Assembly: GCF_001194135.2 (NCBI RefSeq) | Contig: NC_068997.1 | Coordinates: 7,983,203 to 8,047,202, forward strand | Direction: 5' to 3' | Origin: Octopus bimaculoides | Taxonomy: Eukaryota | Length of the DNA stretch: 64,000 nucleotides | Shown: piece by piece, positions 24,766-38,049 of the stretch | How the letters are laid out: the number at the start of each line of letters is the position of its first letter | Position numbering within the stretch: the stretch's first letter is position 1 | Program-made: the position numbers and the translations under genes | Notes under the pieces: generated by a model | What the model saw: only the letters and a program-made list of their open reading frames with translations | Told to the model about the DNA's origin: nothing | Database searches by the model: none

Positions 24766-26352
24766 CACCAAGGCTTTTGAGAGATTCAGTTTCCCGAGTT
24801 TCTAAAGGTTTTATGGATCCTGTGCATCTTCCACATATGAAAACTCTCTTCCCTGATAATAATTCTTAGATCGAATCTAGTCTGAGACCACGAAAATATA
24901 TCCAGTCAAAAGGCAGATGAAGATGACTGGAATTCAAGCCATAATGTGAACAAGTGTATTCTGAAAACAACATTTAAAGTATAGAAAAATTATAATCTAG
25001 ATTCCCACCAAGATTTGAACTCAGAATGTGGAGAATCAAAATTACAATGAAACAACAACAAACCAAACAAGCAACAATATTTCAAAATAGAATTTTATTC
25101 AATTTGTTCTACTGCAAGTCAGTGTTTTTGAAACATTATTATTTACAGAAATAAGAGGACAATGATTTGATAGGCATCACATCAGAATATTACATAGACA
25201 TTCCTAACTCATTTTCCATTTGGCTTGGGGACACACAAGCATGCTAAATAGCACCAATCCCAATATTCTATGTTCTACAACAGTTCAAACTGTCCTGCAG
25301 TGCCATCTCTTTGGAATGGCACGGAACTTAAAAGAACAAAACTAGATTGTCTGAGAGAAAATAATGATATATTGTTTATAATATGTTATGTGATTTTATA
25401 TATTTATTAAATACACCAAGGCTGTTAAAAGAGAGAACACAAAATTCTCTATGCACATGTATGTGTGTGTACATATAGAGCGCTCAACCTGGTATCTCCC
25501 TGCCGTTCATTTCCTCACACAACTAAATACTTTAAAATCTAGAATTCGTAAGTTACCTCTATGTGACCACACTTCCAGCAACAGCATGACTAAATATCCA
25601 TTAAGAAGAAAGGAAGGAAAGGGGGGGGGGGAGAGACATGGTGGCATTTCTCTGGTGTGCCAAATCTTTGGACCATTCCTAAAATATTCAAACAGAACAG
25701 AGTTGAAGAGATGCTATTCTACAACACTCACAAGAAAGTCTTGTAACCATAAATGAAAATGTAGAATTCTGAATCCAAATTTCTGCAAGAATCAAATTAT
25801 ATTTCTTCTGATTCTGATTGCACTAGATAAAAGCAAAATATAAATTGGCTTTTATTGGAATACCGCAAAACTTTGATTGTCTGTTTCCATACCAAATACA
25901 GTTGTAAAGGGCACCAAGTGTTCTATAAAAACAGCAGGGTGAGAGCTCAGCTGTTTTTTGGTCCTGCCTTCTTGTTGCATTGATTACTACAAATGAATTA
26001 AAACTCGTCATCATTCAACAGACATAATTTGAATGCAAGAACTTTTTTCAATGTGGCTCAGTTTTTCTAAGCAACAATACAGAGTGAGCTGAATTGCTGA
26101 AGGAGTAGTATATTATTGGTATTTTAAGTGAAGAATAAAAGTAAATATCACCTGTCTGTATTTGAACTCATTACATTTGGTGGTAAAGCAAAGTCATTTA
26201 GTCAGACATTAATGTTTTCACCAATTCACTGTTTAAATTTTAATATAACAATAAAAAAAATATAATCTATTGTTCTTATATTTTTTTCTTTTTCTTTCTT
26301 TTTTTCTTTTATAGTATTATCTTTGGTAACAAATACAAAAATACTGAAAATT

Positions 26353-26461
26353 TTATTTCCGGAAAGCATACACCGGGTCACCAACTTGAATCCATCCTTC
26401 AGTGTTAGGACTGATCATAATACCAAAATTTGGGGATTTCGTTCCACGAGGGGCCCGGAAG
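26353..26461 (-). CDS. MTARC: mARC exon 7 (terminal): [13 protein letters not shown]...[12 protein letters not shown]-stop
   Basis: ttcttttaaatag acceptor; TAA stop; SP.FG and VGDPVY motifs. Confidence 0.92.
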
Positions 26462-29400
26462 CTATTTAAAAGAAAGAGATTTACAAGAATTAATGCAAAA
26501 CAGAAAGAGAAGCAGGGAAAGGGTGAGAGAAGCGAAGAAGGGAGGGAGAGAAAGACAGAGAGAGGTAATGGAGAGGGGGAAATTAATTAGTTAATTGTAA
26601 GTAATAATGGGTTTCAAATTTTGGCACCTTGCTCCATCTGACTTCAATCTTTTCATCTCATTACAGCATTAATTAGGCGTAGGGGTGGGGGGCGAATGTT
26701 TATTAATTGCAAAGAGATTAAGAAATGATATTGAATGTTTCTTAGCTTTGAAACGTGAAAGATTTTATGCCTGAGGAATCAACAATTTGTCAAATAAATT
26801 GGATTGTGTCATCGTTAATGAGGGGAAATGTTATCTTGCTTAAATTAAGACCAAAGATGCATTTGTTTCTTTCCCAACTTGAAATGCGACAGCAGGACTT
26901 TGTTTCCACTCTCATACATACATACATACATACATACATATGAGAGGGGTGAGGGCAAAGGGATTTTATATATATGTATATATACATTGTATATATACAT
27001 ATAGTATAATCATCATTTAACTTTCATGCTGGCCTGGATTGATTGGTTTCACAGGATCTGACAAGATGCACAAGGACTGCATTATGCTCCACTCTCTACT
27101 TTGGTATGGTTTCTACTGCTGGATGCCCTTCCTGACCCCAACCACTTTACAGAGTGTACTGGGTGCTTTTTTTTTATGGCACCAGCACTAGTAAGGTCTC
27201 CATGCTGCTTGAAAGACTACAAACCCTGAGAGAGACAAGTTTGTGCTAAGAGATGAGGCGTTAAAGCACAAGAGAAGGGGCCAGAACAAAATGGCTTGTG
27301 AGGGTTGTACAAGCTGTATACAAAGGGTAGGAGTTCATCATGGTTCAGTCCTCCGTACCCTCTTTTCCCTCAAAGTCTCACAGACCATCACAGTGGAGTG
27401 TAAGACTGGCTGCCCACGCGAGGTCTTGTAAGCTGATGATCTGGTTCTCGTGGTTGAATCTAATGACTACTTACATTTTTGAGGAGAGAGTGGTGGGACC
27501 GATAGATGTGGAGTGGGATGAGACAAAATAGTAGTGATGAGGTGTCTATGTGGACCCTTAAGGCATGAGGTGAATAGAAGGGAATGGGAACAAAAGGGAT
27601 GAGGGTCTGCTTGAACAGAGGTTACAAGAGTGTATGGAAGAATGAAAGGTGAGCAGAAAAATATAAAGAATGAGGAGCAAGGTTTAGCTTCCATGCTTGG
27701 AATTTTCTCTCCAATTCCTCAAATCATCAGCATATGAGTTCTCATGGAACTAGATTCCTCGGTGAACATGAAATCACTGAATATGGAATTGTACCAAATA
27801 CCTTCACCAAACCAATGAGAGCCAGAAAAAGTGGTTTATGATGCTTACACACACACACACACACACACAAATATTCAAAAAGATAGATATATATACCTCT
27901 GTAACGTTTTAAAAGGTTCCATTTCTGGATCTTTCTCTCCTGTGTTTGGTTCAACAGAAGGAAGCAGGCACCTGAATGAGAGAAAATAAAACAAAATGAG
28001 GGATTTTTTAGTATCAACACCTTTAATGTGACTTCAGGGTATGTCAGAATTGCAGAAGAATTTTTTGTCAGCGAAGAGGTTGCAGTGTTTGTGGATGGTC
28101 CATACTGCAGTAACTTCAGATTCAGCAGATAATCTCAGATCAGAACACTTGCCATACTAACACATCTTTGTAATAAGAAAATATTCCATTTTTGTAATCA
28201 GTCCTTAAAATCTCTTCTCTTTTTTTTAAATCACCATTTTTATTTGATCCTCTTCATGAAACCCTAGAGTTTATTCTTCATTTTCGAATGTGACCAAGAA
28301 TTTTTCCTCATAGACCACAACAACGGAAGAAGCAGTCATATCATGCAGACAACCAGCGGCTCATTTTTGCTCCCATTTCTACAATTTCTTTGGTTTAATG
28401 AAACTATGGAAATGGTGGCATCTCATAGTCACAGGCATGTGCCATACTCTTAACCCTCACAGAATAAGGTCCACCATCTGTAGGGCTTGAAGAAATTCAG
28501 GTTGCCCCTTGTACTGAACTTGGATTATCATGAAGGAGGGTTGGATTGGACTACAAACCTTATTCTCTCGAGTCTCTAACTTTCTGGACCTGTCGAAAAG
28601 ATGGCCAAGGTGGTATATCAGAGATGCAGTGGGATGACCAGAGTGATGTCTGTGGCACAATGTGCTGTGAGCTATGTGTCGCACAGTGACACTGTTGGAG
28701 ATTAGCTTGGACCCTTGATGTTTGGGTTCCTATGGGCAATCGGTCAAACTTCTCAAACAATTAGCCTTGCCTAAACCATTGTGCACACACACACACAAAT
28801 ACATGCCATGTGGTTAAGAAGCTTGCTTTGCAATTACATGTGTTCCAGGTTCAATCCCACTGCATGTTGTAATGCTACCTTCAGTGAAGGTAGCATTACA
28901 ACAAATGGGCAGCAAGATTGAGCGACTCAAGTGAAATGACTCAAACACTTTTGACCACTAACCCAGTTTGTTTGCAACTCGACACCATGCTAAGTCGTCT
29001 AACTTGCTTGAAAAAGCAGTCACATCTACCTCAAATCATATGCTATTGTCTTAAAAAAGGAAGGACAAAATGTAATCTTAAATACATTATATCTGAAAAT
29101 ACAAAGAGATGGCCACAATCATAAATTTCCTCAATCAGAGCTGACCTGGGGTTAAACAACAACTTGCTTGATTTGACCCAATGAAATAGTTTCTACATGG
29201 TTGTTGTTGTTGTTGTCAACCCTTCTCGAGCAGGTCAATGATCAAATCAATTAGAACTATATTATTCCCGATCCTCTCCCTTCTTAAAGATAGTATGGCT
29301 TAACTTAGGAGGTGGGGGGGAGAAATCTGGTTGCAATGTTTAGCAGTTTGAGCAACCATGTAGAGGCTCTCTTCGTTGCCTGTCTACACAGTGCCATTAC

Positions 29401-29628
29401 CAACTGAATATAACAATTAAGAATTACTTTCATGCTGAATAATTACCTGCTACATGGTTCTATGTAATGAAATGTCACATTTGTACCAATTCGGATCTCA
29501 TCCCAAGAATCCTAAGGAAATAGAAGAAATCAAATGAAAAATGCAAAAATGAGGTTACTTAGTTTTATTATTGCAATATGCACCCTTATCATAACATCAT
29601 TTAAAGTCCATTTACTATGTTAGCATGA

Positions 29629-29672
<44 letters not shown>

Positions 29673-31504
29673 NNNNNNNNNNNNNNNNNNNNNNNNNNNN
29701 NNNNNNNNNNNNNNNNNNNNNNNNNNNNNNNNNNNNNNNNNNNNNNNNNNNNNNNNNNNNNNNNNNNNNNNNNNNNNNNNNNNNNNNNNNNNNNNNNNNN
29801 NNNNNNNNNNNNNNNNNNNNNNNNNNNNNNNNNNNNNNNNNNNNNNNNNNNNNNNNNNNNNNNNNNNNNNNNNNNNNNNNNNNNNNNNNNNNNNNNNNNN
29901 NNNNNNNNNNNNNNNNNNNNNNNNNNNNNNNNNNNNNNNNNNNTGACTGTTCTTTGAGCCACTTCTTCACTACACTTTTCACTTCCTGGAATAATGTTTA
30001 CCTCTCAAACACTCTTTCGTGGCACTGAAGAAATGATAGTCTGAAGGCGCTAAATCTGGTGAGTAGTGAAGAAGTGGCTCAAAGAACAGTCAACAGAATT
30101 TTACGGGGCAGGGATACATGCTCTCATTCGAAGATGGAACATTGCTATTGAGAGAAACGGTGACTCTGTTGAGAAGTAGGGATGTGATCCACAGAGGACC
30201 AGCTTCGTTTTGATATATGATACATGTTCCTGTGTTGGTAATTGTACCTGTCCTAAACAAAATGGCATTACTTTTTGACTCACCTTTGTAATACTCTATT
30301 TTATATAAAACTAGTATTATATGTATGTGTGTGTGTTGCATATTGTTGTCGTTATTCAATTTACTAATGACGATAATTAATAATAATATCTATATAAATA
30401 TTTTTGAATATAAATTCATTTAGTATATATATATGTGTGTGTGTGTGTGTATTTTACTCATTAATTTAATGACAAATCTTAATGGAAAACTTCTGTTATA
30501 GCACTGCTTGAAATCATGTGGCAGCACACTCAATAGAACAACCACCGTACGTCACTGATACTCAATACAACAACCACCCAATACAACCACCACTATACAC
30601 CACTGATACACACACGCACACATAGCATAAATACAATGAACAGTGAAAAGGACAACAGAGAAGGAAGGAAGTTTGAGAAGAAGTGTATTAGCTCAAAGCA
30701 AAGGATGAAAATATAAAGTGTTTTAAGCTTTTGGATGTTAGTCCTTCATCAGAACAAAGAAGAGAATAGCAGAGTGTGAAAGAGAAATACTCAGGGAGAA
30801 GAATCAAATGCTGGTGGTGGGGGGAAGGTAGTTAAGAAGGGAGGGAAGGTTGGGCGTGCCAATGCAAGTATAAGTGTAAGGGGACATAAGGGGTTAGTGC
30901 TGTTAGCGTGTGTGTTAGTGTGGTGTGGAAATGTGTATAAAAGTGTGCAAGTGGAGTGGCATTAGTTTGCGGAGCAGTGGGTGGTGGTGGTGGTGGTGTA
31001 TGTGTGTGCATTTGATGGTTTGGTGGGTGATGTGAAAATGTGCGTGTGAAGAGATGAGAGCGGATGTAAGTGCGAAGGAACAAGGATTGTCAAAGAGCAA
31101 ACAGGATTGCAAGAACAGCATTGGTGATGTGTGTACAACAAAAGTAAAGAAGGAATGGGAAAATATCTTTTAACAAAGAGGGAAGATTTAAGCAAATATT
31201 TCAAAAAGAAACAACATATAAATATCTTCAGTAATCCCTCGACTATCGCAGGTGTTACCTTCCAAAATCCCCAGCGATATGTGAAAATCCATGGAGTAGA
31301 AACAGTACTGCATGGTATATTTTATTATTATTATAATTTGTATGTATTTATTTTATTATAAATGCAAAACAACACCACAGAGGAATCGACGTAAGCTGGA
31401 AAAATAAACTGTGATAGGTGAACCGCAATATGGCCAGGGATCACTGTATGTATGTATATATATATATATATATGTATATATATGTATATATATCTATATA
31501 TATC

Positions 31505-31537
<33 letters not shown>

Positions 31538-33720
31538 GTATATATATNNNNNNNNNNNNNNNNNNNNNNNNNNNNNNNNNNNNNNNNNNNNNNNNNNNNN
31601 NNNNNNNNNNNNNNNNNNNNNNNNNNNNNNNNNNNNNNNNNNNNNNNNNNNNNNNNNNNNNNNNNNNNNNNNNNNNNNNNNNNNNNNNNNNNNNNNNNNN
31701 NNNNNNNNNNNNNNNNNNNNNNNNNNNNNNNNNNNNNNNNNNNNNNNNNNNNNNNNNNNNNNNNNNNNNNNNNNNNNNNNNNNNNNNNNNNNNNNNNNNN
31801 NNNNNNNNNNNNNNNNNNNNNNNNNNNNNNNNNNNNNNNNNNNNNNNNNNNNNNNNNNNNNNNNNNNNNNNNNNNNNNNNNNNNNNNNNNNNNNNNNNNN
31901 NNNNNNNNNNNNNNNNNNNNNNNNNNNNNNNNACAGTCTCCAGAGAAACAAGCAGCCAAACTGTTTATATACTCAACAAATGCAGCAGTTACTTTATGCA
32001 GTAACTTTATGCAGCAGTTACTTTATGAAGGAGTTCCTAATTTGCATACTGCAAGTGCTTAACACTCTATAAATACCAGTGGCCTGTCAATGGGGATCTT
32101 AATCCACACAGTATCAAGGTATGATATAATAAATATGTAACATAGAGGATAATTATAAACAGGGCAAATTTTATCCGTTTTATCCGACTGGAAAAAATAA
32201 TGAACTACACACATATATACATATTATACTAATTTTTTTTCTTAAGGAAAATAAAGGACAAACCAACAACATCAATCATATTTAAACTCAGTAATACAAG
32301 ACTACAAAAAACGTTTTAGCAAAGGTCCATATCAGTGGTTCCCAACCTTTTCCCTACCAACAACCCCTTTTATTTAAATGAGTTTTCCCATGGACCCCAG
32401 GATATTGAAAGGTCTGTCAGCTTAACATGCACGCAGACCCCTAGTACCACTTTCGCAGACCACCAGGGGGTCCGTGAACCTCAGATTGGGAACCACTGGT
32501 CTATATATTAAGACAATGACTAAAAGTAAGGCTAAGCAATTCTTCAATGGAATGATTCTGGACAAACCTCATCAAAAGCCATACAGCCTTCCACAAGAAT
32601 ATTCGGTCGGAAGTTATAAACTGTAACTTCTTTATTAATTCGGTTGTTGATATCATCGATTGATGCCTGAGACAGGAGGTGGTAGGGGGAACTGTCTTGG
32701 TAAACACACTGAAACAGAAACAACATCATCATCATCATCATTTAATGTTCACAGAATTTGTTGAGGCAGATTTTCAACAGCTGAATGCTCTTCATTTTGC
32801 CAATGCACACACACACACGCACGCACACATACATATGAACCCGCCTACATACATGCATATATTGATGGGCCTCTTTCAATTCATCTACCAAATCCACTCA
32901 CAAATACTTTGGTTAGAGAGATACTTGCCCAAGGTGCCTTGCAGGGAGACTGAACTCAACACCCCATGATTGGAAAGCCAGCTTCTTAACCACACAGCTA
33001 CACCTGTGCCTATTACTGGAAGCCAAAAATATTCTTTTATCTGTTTCAGTCATTTGACTGCAGCCATGCTGGAGCACTGCCTTTAGTTGAACAAATCAAC
33101 CCCAGAACTTATTCTTCAGAAGCCTACTACTTATTCTACCTGCATCTTTTGCCAAACTGCTAAGTCACAGGGACATAAACACACCAGATGGACAAACACA
33201 CACACACACATATATCATCATTACCATTGTCATTTAACGTCCACTTTCCATGCTGGCATGGGTTGGATAGTTTGACTGAGGGTTGGTGAGCCAGAAGGCT
33301 GCACCAGGCTTCAATCTGATTTGGCAAAGCTTCTACAGCTAGATGCCCTTCCTAACACCAACCACTCCAAGAGTGTAGTGGGTGCTTTTACGTGCCACCA
33401 GCATGAGGCCCAGTCAGGAGGCACTGGCAACAATCACACTCAAATGATGCTTTTAACATTCCACTGGCACGGGTGCCAGTCAGGCGGTACTGTCATCAGC
33501 CACAACAATGATTTCACTTGCCTCAACAGGTCTTCGCAAGTGNNNNNNNNNNTGTCATCAGCCACAACAATGATTTCACTTGCCTCAACAGGTCTTCGCA
33601 AGTGGAGATTATTGCCCAATGTTTGAAGGGTGGACGGGCGTCTTTTAGTTTCCGTCTACCAAATCCACTCACAAGGCTTTGGTTCATCTTGGATGAAATA
33701 CTTTTGACTATGGATCTACT

Positions 33721-33753
<33 letters not shown>

Positions 33754-35728
33754 GATGGTTTTCTTTAAGGTTTTGTCTACCAAATCCATTTACAAGGCTT
33801 TAGATAGCCTGAGCTTATAGTAAAAGACACTTGCCCAAGGTGCCACACAGTAGGGCTGAACCCAGAACCATGTGGTTGGGAAGCAAACCTCTTACCACAC
33901 TTGTGCTTGTGATGGTAATATGTAATACTGCAGACCTGTCCAACCCAAGTCAGCTTTGTAAAAGAAACAAAACATTTTTATGATATGACAAAAAAAAATA
34001 TATAAAGTGAAAATAGTGAAAACCTGTGCAGTTTGTATTGGTGAATATTGCTTAGGTTTGACGTATCTTTTTTCCAAATCATCCCCTGAATATACCATAC
34101 GATAGCCATCTTTCTGTAGATAGTCACATATCCATGTAGCAGCTTCATCACCACAGTCCTGGCCACTGATTTTGTTACCCCACACACTGCAATGGAAAAA
34201 AAACAAAAAATATTTTGAATTATGACAATAATAACATTAACTGGCAAAATACCAATGGGTCACTTCACATAGTTGCAAATGAGTGCCGTGTAGAGGCAAA
34301 GCTCACTGTTCTAAGCAGCCAAGAACCTAAGAAACATTACAGAATTGAGAGCTGGACTCTCAGCACTTCCAATGACCATTCAAAACCATTTTATTCTTAT
34401 TCTTCTTTGAATTATTACATGAAGATGTCAGGGTTATCTTTAACCTAACAGGTTGAGTACAGCTGGTAACATAGAATCCAGTACAACCTGATGCCCAGTT
34501 GGGGCATCAGCAACTAAACTGGCAGCCTCACTGGGTTAGCTTGGTAAAGAGGGCTGCTGCAAAAACCCAGCAAGACTAGAAATAAGGCCTGTCAAAAGGA
34601 CAAATGAACTCTGTGAAGGTTCAATGACAATCTTGCAAATAGCACAGGCACTCAGAAATTCTAGGTTGGTGTTTAACATGCTGGAAGACCATTGGGGGCA
34701 AAGCAACCCTCAACTTTTGTTAAAGCGTGCCTCTAGGGGAAGGTCACTCTGATATAAAACTAGATATGCAGGGAATGGCATTGGACATTTTGAGGAGCTT
34801 TTGTTTGCTCATGAGATCATGGCGGTCCTACATTCCTGAGCCTGTGACCCATATTGGCATTAAATGCCTTACCTTAGCTTGTCTTTGAGTCATATCAATA
34901 GGATGGAGAGGGTCAATGAGGTGTTGTGCAAGCCTTATTGGACCTAAAATTTTACACAGGTATCTTTTTTTGTCAGTGATGCTTATATTTGTTTACAAGC
35001 TGTCAGCCATTATCCATATATGTATATTATATATTGTATATGTTATATGTATAATCAATACTATTTATATTATAATAACTGGTTATATTTATATTATAAA
35101 CATATATTTATTTTACTTTGATATGTTTCTTGTTCATTGATCTGTGAATATGCCATGCTTTGAATAACAAGTTCGATGTATAATGCTCCACAATTATGTA
35201 GATGTATGTATAATTACAGAATACATAAAATATTCTGTTTCCAGCATCATAAATCAATGTCAATTATAATACTCTTAGAGTAAAGCATTCAAAGAACAAA
35301 CAGAGAAGAAGAAGAAGAATATTAATTGAAATATTAATCAAACTGTCTTGCAAGCCAAAACAACATGAGAAGGAGATATGGATCATTCAAAATATATTTT
35401 TCACAATATCAAAAAGAGAAGCATTAAAAAATATAAACTTATACCTGCATGAAATTATGTTTTTATTTTGATTCTTAGGTTTCTTTGATAAGCATAAAGG
35501 TTTCATTTCTGGTGCATCAAGCTGTAAGTAATCTTCATCATCCACATTAGGCGTGATCAGAGACATTTTTGGTTCTTGCCGCTGAGACAGGAAGGCATTG
35601 TTGGGACGTACAAACATCCACTGCCTGGAAACAAAGTTATTGAACAGAAAGGTAAAAAACAAACAAATAGATAAATAAAATAATCATATGTATTTTTCTA
35701 AAATTGGATTTTCATCATCCAGATAATG

Positions 35729-35759
<31 letters not shown>

Positions 35760-37484
35760 TAATCGTTTCTACTAAAAGCACAAGACCTGAAATTTGAGGG
35801 ATGGGGATAGTCAATTACATTGACCTCGAAAGGATGAAGGGTTAAGTCGACCTTGGCAGAATTTGAACTCAGAATGTAGTGATGGGTAAAATACTGCTAA
35901 GCATTTCGTTCAGCTCACCAAGTTCTAATAATAATTATTATTATTATTAACAACCCTTTCTATTCTAGGTACAAGGCCTAACGTTTTGTGGTGGTGGTGG
36001 TGACAAGTCGGTTACATCAACCCCAGTGCTTAATTGGTCCTTATTTTATTGACCCTTGAAAAGAAGAAAGGCAAAGTCAACCCCGGCAGAATTCCAACTT
36101 AGAACATAAAGACAGACAAAATGTTGCAAAGCATTTTGTCCAGTGTGCTAAGAATTGCTGCCATATGGTTTCAAATTCCGGCACAAGGCCAGCAGGTTTT
36201 TTGGGGTGGGGGAGGGAGTAACTAGGTTACATCGACTCCAGTGATCAACTGGTACTTTTTTTTATCGACCTCGAATGAACGAAAATCAAAGTCAACTTCA
36301 GCAGAATTTGAACGAAATTCCTCCATGCATCTTGCCTGGTAAACGATTCGGTCAATTTGTTGCCGTAATGAGAACAACTGTTTCGGGTTTAAGCAGAAGA
36401 CCAGCAAATTTGAAAGGGGGGAATATTTTGCAGAATATTCAGAACATTATTGATATCATCAAAAAGAATTGTAGAATGGACGGAATATTGGGAAGAATGC
36501 TTTACAGTGTTTATAATTCGACTTGGTTTTGAGTTTACATCTCGCTTCGGGCTTGTTTTTCACTCTTCTAAGTTTGATAAAATAATTATCTATCTATAAC
36601 AGGTACTGAGATTTCGAATATTGCAATTAGTGAACAACAGTTCGGTTGATTACAGATTTCTATCAGAGCAGTTACTGACTCACTGTGTTTCTAACAGCAA
36701 AAGCGACAAGGGAATGAAATTCGGTGCAGAAAAAATATCACATGGGACTTCATTCGAAAAGTACAAAACAAGATAAATGTTGACATTAGAAAAAAAAAAA
36801 CAGAAAAGAAAAGATTAAACCAAAAGGCTATGAAGTTACGAGTAGACTCGATACACTGCTCTAATATTTTTTCTTTTTCACTAAGCCTCGAATTAATTCT
36901 GATCGGCAAACGTACGTATGTATACGTGCGTGTAATCTTTAAATTGGAGGCAATTAACGTAATAAATACCCGTATGGCTTATATATTAAGTATATAAATA
37001 CAATTTAAGATTAAGATTTTCGGAGAAAACATAGAAGTAGGGCAACTTAGATAATATTTTTCTTGTTTTCACCTTAGACAATGACTCACAGATGTTGATT
37101 CCGTAAACGGAGTTTATCCTCAATAAAAGAGCGAGATCGTAAGTTGGTGTTTAGCTGAGGTTCGATATGTATATATTGCAGGGGGGAAAAGTGAAGAGAG
37201 AAAGAAATGATTTACCTGTCACCGACGTCTTTGTAAGAAATCCCCAAACGGGTACACCACGCCCTTTCGACGGACAACCAACGACAAGATTTCACCGGGT
37301 AACAAAATATAGCAGACACCCTTCCTACAGTAACAAAATAATTACATCGATTTCGATGGAACCAGATCGATATACAATGTTTGAAAAAAGAACCCGCTAT
37401 CAACGATGCCATTACACGGGCAGAATTGTCTTCTGACAAACTAAGTAACAGATGCCACATTTGATCAACTAAACTTTCTCCCAT
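26353..37484 (-). CDS. MTARC: Mitochondrial amidoxime-reducing component (mARC; MOSC_N + MOSC molybdenum-cofactor enzyme), complete 7-exon gene, 333 aa
   Basis: Exon lengths 269+180+163+141+65+75+109 = 1002 nt in one open frame. Motifs YPVKSC, DRQWM...[31 protein letters not shown] (Moco-ligating Cys) and GDPVY match vertebrate MARC1/2. Confidence 0.95.
27240..27690 (+). mobile_element. RTE-clade LINE reverse-transcriptase fragment
   Basis: VGVHHGSVL...CKTGCP.EVL-stop-ADDL, a decayed QGSVLSP...YADD motif. Confidence 0.65.
27897..27971 (-). CDS. MTARC: mARC exon 6: [24 protein letters not shown]
   Basis: ttctctcattcag acceptor, AG|gtatat donor. Confidence 0.92.
29447..29511 (-). CDS. MTARC: mARC exon 5: [21 protein letters not shown](R)
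   Basis: ctatttccttag acceptor, AG|gtaatt donor. Confidence 0.92.
29944..30290. mobile_element. Mariner 3' end with an internal inverted junction
   Basis: Minus 30062-29944 encodes [11 protein letters not shown]...KECLRGKHY...KKWLKEQS. Plus 30063-30290 encodes [33 protein letters not shown] and a TIR-like end tactttttgactcacc. Confidence 0.75.
32333..32498. mobile_element. hAT (Charlie-like) MITE, 166 bp, in mARC intron 4
   Basis: TIRs CAGTGGTTCCCAA / TTGGGAACCACTG; 8-bp TSD gtccatat / gtctatat. Confidence 0.85.
32568..32708 (-). CDS. MTARC: mARC exon 4: [16 protein letters not shown]...[16 protein letters not shown]
   Basis: tttctgtttcag acceptor, GAG|gtttgt donor. Confidence 0.93.
33220..33600 (-). 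mobile_element. Repeat family ending in a (GAT)n tail, RTE-type SINE/LINE 3' end. Other copies about 3937-4116, 27015-27200, 41895-42078, 48105-48277, 53250-53830, 57958-58148 and 63730-63950.
   Basis: Shared tttaacgtccgctttccatgctagcatgggttggacg...ggatgcccttcctaacgccaaccactc core next to (CAT)n. Confidence 0.85.
34024..34186 (-). CDS. MTARC: mARC exon 3: [23 protein letters not shown]...QTAQ
   Basis: ttttccattgcag acceptor, CAG|gttttc donor. Confidence 0.9.
35445..35624 (-). CDS. MTARC: mARC exon 2: [23 protein letters not shown]...NIISC
   Basis: tttgtttccag acceptor, AG|gtataa donor. Confidence 0.93.
35765..36315 (-). mobile_element. Three head-to-tail copies of the high-copy SINE in mARC intron 1
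   Basis: Consensus repeated three times, separated by (TAA)n or short spacers. Confidence 0.8.
36330..36530 (+). mobile_element. Possible L1/Tx1-type RT fragment
   Basis: [15 protein letters not shown]...DGILG resembles the GRxIxxNxxxIxxII segment before RT motif 3. Confidence 0.3.
37216..37484 (-). CDS. MTARC: mARC exon 1 (N-terminal anchor and [15 protein letters not shown]...VGDR); alternative start ATG at 37460
   Basis: AG|gtaaat donor, phase 2. Confidence 0.88.
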
Positions 37485-37519
37485 TATGTATTATTGCTTA
37501 TTTTCCCTCAAAATATGTC

Positions 37520-37700
37520 TCCAGGCAGTTCACGTCACTAGTAATGTGACTAAAGTTGGTAATCTCCTAAAATTTGCCAGACGAAAGAAAATTACCACGT
37601 GAAATGCTTGAATGACATCCAGTCATCATGGAATGTTGACCGTTTATCAAATGACACGGTCGGGGAAATGTAACAGTGACGAAATCAAGGGCGGTTACTC
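37520..37700 (-). promoter_or_regulatory. Putative mARC proximal promoter
   Basis: Directly upstream of the mARC start; contains a TCACGTCA (CRE-like) motif near 37530, an E-box CACGTG near 37597 and a GGGCGG near 37689. Motif presence only. Confidence 0.25.
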
Positions 37701-38049
37701 TAATTTTACAGCCAATTCGTTTTCCTATTAACTCCCTTGCTTTAAAATGACCTTGTTATAGGAAAGAACCTCCAAATGTTTGTAAAACAAGTGAAATATA
37801 TATATATATCTAACCACACACACTCACATATATATACGTGTAGTGCTTGTACACACACACAATGCTTGCTGTCTGTGAAGCAATATATTGGCACTGTGAT
37901 TATATAATTAATATTGAAAGACTGGAAGGCGGCGAGCTTGCAGAAACGTTAGCACGCCGGTCGAACTGCTTCGCGGTATAACGGCTCTGTGAATACGGTT
38001 GTGTTACTTTGTGAAAGCTGTCTCGGTGAATAATTGTGATTTTTGTGGA

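Noticed and set aside
33490-33603. Direct repeats either side of 10-N gaps (also 23325-23412)
   Set aside because: Identical sequence on both sides of a 10-N spacer indicates unmerged contig overlap, not a biological duplication
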